From Limnothrix sp. BL-A-16 (GTDB taxonomy: Bacteria > Cyanobacteriota > Cyanobacteriia > CACIAM-69d), in assembly GCA_041937175.2 (NCBI GenBank), contig CP166615.1, forward strand, positions 512,001-576,000: 64,000 bases of DNA. Direction: 5' to 3'. The translations under genes were made by a program, and so were the position numbers. The notes below the pieces were generated by a model. The model was not told where the DNA came from. It worked only from the letters and a program-made list of their open reading frames with translations, and did not search any database. Positions 60,089-64,000 of the stretch are shown here, piece by piece (within the stretch, counting starts at the first letter, position 1; the number at the start of each line of letters is the position of its first letter).

Positions 60089-63000
60089 ATGGCTACTAAC
60101 TTGCTCGTGGACGCAGAAGCAGATCAAGCCATTATGCGACATCCAATCCAGGTTGAATTGGATACGAGCCTTTGGGATGCCATTGGGCAAATGTATCAAA
60201 ATTGCCAATCCTGCTCTCTGAATGCACAAGATCATGATCATCATCGCCCTATTATCTATCTCGAATTTTCTAATCAAGACCTAGCTACTAATTCTGTCCA
60301 TTCAAAGAACAGTTTGTCAGCGGATGACACTTTAGGAACAGATGTTTCAAGTTCCTTGCTAAGTGGGTCTGCTGCAATGACAGTGAGCGATCAAACTCAA
60401 GCAGTTGCTGAACCGAATTTGGCCTTGGGCGATCGGTTAGAGGTGAGTCACTCACCATTGAATTCCGAGTTGAATTCCGAAGCAACGATGGTTGATTTGC
60501 CGGTTGCGGAGTTTCGCTGCGTTGTGGTGGTCGATCGGGGTCAGCTCTGTGGGATTTTGAGTGATCGGACGGTGGTTCGGCTGCTGGCTCAAGGGGTGGA
60601 TTTTCATCAGGTTAAAGTGGGCGAAGTGATGTCGCCGATTCCCTGTGTCTTAAGGCAATCGGAATTTAAAAATGCGCTGATTGCCATTAATTTAATGGAT
60701 CAGTTTGGTCTGGAATATCTGCCTTTAGTGGACGATCAAGGGCAGTTAGTTGGGTTGTTGAATGATGAAGGATTGCGACGAATTACCAACCCGGTGGACT
60801 GGTTACGATCGCGCTCTGTGGCGGATGCTTTGGTGACTGAAGTAGCCTGCGAAACCGCCAGAGCCAGCGTCGCTCAGATCATTCGTTTGATGGCGGAACA
60901 GGATACGGATTGTGTGGTGCTGATGCAGCCCCAGGAGCCGGATATCTTAGCGGCTGACTATCCACCAGTTCCAAAACCAGTGGGTGTGATTACTGAGTCG
61001 GATTTGGTTCAGTTTCAGACCCTCAGTTTGTCGGCGGAGCGAGTGATTGTTGGGGATGTCATGCAGGCGATCGAAAAGCCGGTTCGGCTTCAGGATTCGC
61101 TGTTGTTGACGCAACAATTTATGACCCGCCAAGATATTCAGCAGGTGGTGGTGGTGCGTGATGATGGATCGCTCTTGGGTTTGGTGACTCAACGGAGCAT
61201 TTTGAAACTGCTGAATTCCTCCGAGCTATATCAATGGGGCATTAGCCTAGAGCATAAAATTTCTCAGTTGGAAGCAGAAAAATTGGCCCTTTTGGAGCAG
61301 CGAACGTCTGAGCTGGAGCAACAAATTATTGATCGCACGGCTTCTTTGCAACGGCAAGCGGAGCGCGATCGATTAATTGCCAATGTGGCTTCTCAAATTC
61401 GATCGTCTTTAAATTTATCGGAAATTTTAAATTCTACAGTTCAAGAACTGCGAAACCTGGTTCAGTCCGATCGCGCCGAAATTTGGCAATTCCAAGCCGA
61501 TCAAACGATGGTAATTGCAGCGGTGGCTTTGCTAAATCCCAGTTTGGCCGTGCCCAGCAACTCCGTGAAAGACTGCTGCTTCGTGGAAGGACTCAGCCCC
61601 CTGACTAAGCAAGGCCATGTGCGCGTCGTGAATGATATTTATGCCGCCCAAATGACCCCTTGCCATCGTCAATTGCTCGAACGGTTGCAAGTCCGTGCCA
61701 AGATTTTGATTCCCCTGTTTCAGCAGGAAAATTTTTGGGGACTGTTGGCCGTTGTGGAAAGCAATCATCCGCGCTATTGGCGATCGGAAGATATTCAACT
61801 GGTGCAGCATTTGGCCATGCATTTGGAAATTGCCATTCAGCAGGCAACGGCCTATGAACAACTACAAACGGAACTCCATGAACGACGACAAACCGAAGAA
61901 AAATTACGAGCGAGCGAGCGTCGCTATGTCAGCTTAGCCAAAGCAATTCCCGTAGGAATTATTCGAACTAACCTAAAGGGCAAAAGCCTTTACGTTAATC
62001 AACGATTCTGCGACATTTTGGGACTGTCAGCAAGGGTTATTCATCAAATTGGCTGGGAGCGTTCAATTCATCCGGACGATCGCGCCTGGGTGATTGAAGA
62101 AATGCGTCATTACCGTAAACAAAAACAGCCCTTTTCGCTGGAATACCGAATTCAGCGTTATCAAGCTGGTGTTTGTTGGGTGTTGGCCCAATCCGTGCCC
62201 GAATATTCCGACCATGAAGAAGTGGTGGGCTACATTACTACGATCACGGATATTACCAACCAGAAAAAATCGGAAACAGCACTGCAACAACTCAACCAAG
62301 ATTTGGAAGCGAAAGTGCTGGAGCGAACAACAGCTCTCAAAAGTAGTGAGGAGCAGTTTCGGCGGCTATTTGAAAAAGAAAAAGTGCTCAGTTCCGTGAT
62401 CCGACGAATTCGCCAATCCTTGGAATTGGAATCTGTTTTGTTCAATACGGCGGAAGAGGCTCGACAAATCCTATTTGCCGATCGAGTCGTCATTTACAAA
62501 GTCTATGAACAAAGTAGCGGCAAAATTGTTGCTGAATCTCGGATTGACCATTGCCCTAGCCTCTTGGGCATGGAATTTAGTGCAGAAGTGTTCCCGGATA
62601 GTTGCTATCAGAAATATATGAATGGTTATGTTTGCACCATTACCGATCGGGATCACGAGCATTTGGCTAACTGTCTGGCTAGCTTCATGCAAACCCTGCA
62701 AATTCGAGCTAAGCTTGCCGTGCCAATTATTGAGCAAAAATCGAATCAACTGTGGGGGCTGTTAATTGCCCATCAGTGCAGTTCCCAGCGCTATTGGTGT
62801 ACTGGGGAAGTGGAATTTATGCAACGGCTGGCCGAACAATGCTCGATCGCTATTCAGCAATCAGAACTCTATGCCCAACTGCAAGAAAGCAATTTGCAAC
62901 TGGCCAGGGCCACGAAGCTCAAGGATGAATTTTTGGCTAATATGAGCCACGAATTGCGTACCCCTTTGAATGCAATTTTGGGCATGGCTGAGGTCATTCA

Positions 63001-64000
63001 GGACGGAATTTATGGAGAAATTAATAACCGCCAAGGGCAAGCCCTGAAAACGATCGAGCGCAGTGGCACGCATTTGTTGGAGCTAATTAACGACATTCTA
63101 GATTTGGCCAAAATTGAATCCGGTCAAATTCTTCTGAATCGAGCACCTACTCAAATCAATCAACTCTGTCAAGCAACCATTACCTTTGTTAAGCAACAGG
63201 CGTTGAAAAAACAAATTCAGCTTGGGGTGACCATTCAGCCCACCCTCCCGGATATTTTTGTGGATGAGCGCCGTGTGCGTCAGGTATTAATTAATTTGTT
63301 GAGCAATGCCATTAAATTCACGGCTGATGGAGGCCAAGTGACCTTAACGGTTTCGCAAATTTTTGAACGACCCACTAACACCTTAAAGTACTTTACTAAT
63401 TCTGATGCTCAGTCTACGGAAATTCAAGATGCGCACGCCCAAAATACCAAGCGCTCCCCATCGTTTATTTCCTTCAAGGTGACAGATACCGGGATTGGAA
63501 TTTCTGCTGTTGATCTTGAAAAACTCTTTAAACCTTTTATCCAGATTGATAGCTCGCTCAGTCGTCAATATGCTGGAACGGGGCTGGGCTTATCGCTCGT
63601 GAAGCGCATGGTGGAAATGCACCAAGGGCTGGTGTCCGTGACCAGTGAAGTTGGGGTTGGGAGTTGCTTTGAAGTTTGTTTTCCGGTGATGGAATTGGCG
63701 AATGCGCCAGTCACTGTCCCTGCGCCCCAACTGGAGACCTTCCCAGCCACAATTGCGATGGATCAACCCCGCCCAACCGTGATTTTGCTGGTGGAGGATA
63801 ATGAAGCCAATGTTAATACCATTTCCAGTTACTTAAAGGCTAAGAACTATCAAATTCTGCTAGCAAAGGATGGTGTGCAAGCGATCGAGATGGCAAAACT
63901 GCATCACCCCGATCTCATCCTCATGGATATTCAAATGCCCAATCTGGATGGCTTAACGGCAATGCGGCAAATTAGACAAACCCCAGAACTGGCGAGTACA
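60089..64000 (+). CDS. Hybrid histidine kinase: CBS pairs, cyanobacteriochrome GAF, PAS, second cyanobacteriochrome GAF, HisKA, HATPase, REC (runs off the right edge)
   Basis: Segments translated by hand in one frame from ATG 60089 (MATNLLVDAEADQAIMRHPIQV...). CBS 'LPLVDDQGQLVGLL', GAF1 DCCF...PCH, PAS 'IHPDD', GAF2 EVFP...NCL...RAKL, FLANMSHELRTPLNAILG, GTGLGL and PDLILMDIQMP. Its absence from the ORF track is consistent with no in-frame stop before 64000. Confidence 0.93.
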   Translation, partial: MATNLLVDAEADQAIMRHPIQVELDTSLWDAIGQMYQNCQSCSLNAQDHDHHRPIIYLEFSNQDLATNSVHSKNSLSADDTLGTDVSSSLLSGSAAMTVSDQTQAVAEPNLALGDRLEVSHSPLNSELNSEATMVDLPVAEFRCVVVVDRGQLCGILSDRTVVRLLAQGVDFHQVKVGEVMSPIPCVLRQSEFKNALIAINLMDQFGLEYLPLVDDQGQLVGLLNDEGLRRITNPVDWLRSRSVADALVTEVACETARASVAQIIRLMAEQDTDCVVLMQPQEPDILAADYPPVPKPVGVITESDLVQFQTLSLSAERVIVGDVMQAIEKPVRLQDSLLLTQQFMTRQDIQQVVVVRDDGSLLGLVTQRSILKLLNSSELYQWGISLEHKISQLEAEKLALLEQRTSELEQQIIDRTASLQRQAERDRLIANVASQIRSSLNLSEILNSTVQELRNLVQSDRAEIWQFQADQTMVIAAVALLNPSLAVPSNSVKDCCFVEGLSPLTKQGHVRVVNDIYAAQMTPCHRQLLERLQVRAKILIPLFQQENFWGLLAVVESNHPRYWRSEDIQLVQHLAMHLEIAIQQATAYEQLQTELHERRQTEEKLRASERRYVSLAKAIPVGIIRTNLKGKSLYVNQRFCDILGLSARVIHQIGWERSIHPDDRAWVIEEMRHYRKQKQPFSLEYRIQRYQAGVCWVLAQSVPEYSDHEEVVGYITTITDITNQKKSETALQQLNQDLEAKVLERTTALKSSEEQFRRLFEKEKVLSSVIRRIRQSLELESVLFNTAEEARQILFADRVVIYKVYEQSSGKIVAESRIDHCPSLLGMEFSAEVFPDSCYQKYMNGYVCTITDRDHEHLANCLASFMQTLQIRAKLAVPIIEQKSNQLWGLLIAHQCSSQRYWCTGEVEFMQRLAEQCSIAIQQSELYAQLQESNLQLARATKLKDEFLANMSHELRTPLNAILGMAEVIQDGIYGEINNRQGQALKTIERSGTHLLELINDILDLAKIESGQILLNRAPTQINQLCQATITFVKQQALKKQIQLGVTIQPTLPDIFVDERRVRQVLINLLSNAIKFTADGGQVTLTVSQIFERPTNTLKYFTNSDAQSTEIQDAHAQNTKRSPSFISFKVTDTGIGISAVDLEKLFKPFIQIDSSLSRQYAGTGLGLSLVKRMVEMHQGLVSVTSEVGVGSCFEVCFPVMELANAPVTVPAPQLETFPATIAMDQPRPTVILLVEDNEANVNTISSYLKAKNYQILLAKDGVQAIEMAKLHHPDLILMDIQMPNLDGLTAMRQIRQTPELAST

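Overview
Chromosomal window from a cyanobacterium, shown by the pervasive HIP1 octamer GCGATCGC and the kaiABC, psbZ and psb30 genes. Core genes are three glycosyltransferases, an SLH-porin, a trypsin-like protease, kaiA/kaiB/kaiC, tRNA-Pro(CGG), RNase II, aroE, ligA, rsmG, cobB, a TrmJ-type methyltransferase, nagA, purE, psb30, psbZ, ribH, clpS and tRNA-Gly(TCC). Signalling genes are a sensor kinase, a large GAF protein with no named output domain, a group-2-like sigma factor, a STAND/WD40 protein, a PPC-TPR-CHAT protease, and a CBS/GAF/PAS/GAF hybrid kinase that runs off the right edge and is missing from the ORF track. Two accessory patches carry toxin-antitoxin (TA) genes. At 25.7-28.3 kb there is an orphan antitoxin, a decayed PIN toxin, a Panacea antitoxin with a PemK/MazF-like partner, DUF29, and a membrane gene frameshifted in a (TCAT)5 tract. 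At 52.6-54.9 kb there is MNT-HepT, Uma2, and RelE with an unrecognised partner. The most notable observations are: (1) three MITE types with different ends that share the central palindrome CAAGGGGCTTAAGCCCCTTG; (2) a kinase combining a DXCF-type and a CcaS/RcaE-type cyanobacteriochrome GAF; (3) a possible divergent nucleotidyl cyclase behind a GAF domain; (4) an apparent TA cassette replacement; (5) a possible phase-variable repeat. No CRISPR array, rRNA, transposase or integrase was seen. All family assignments come from motif recognition by eye, not database searches.
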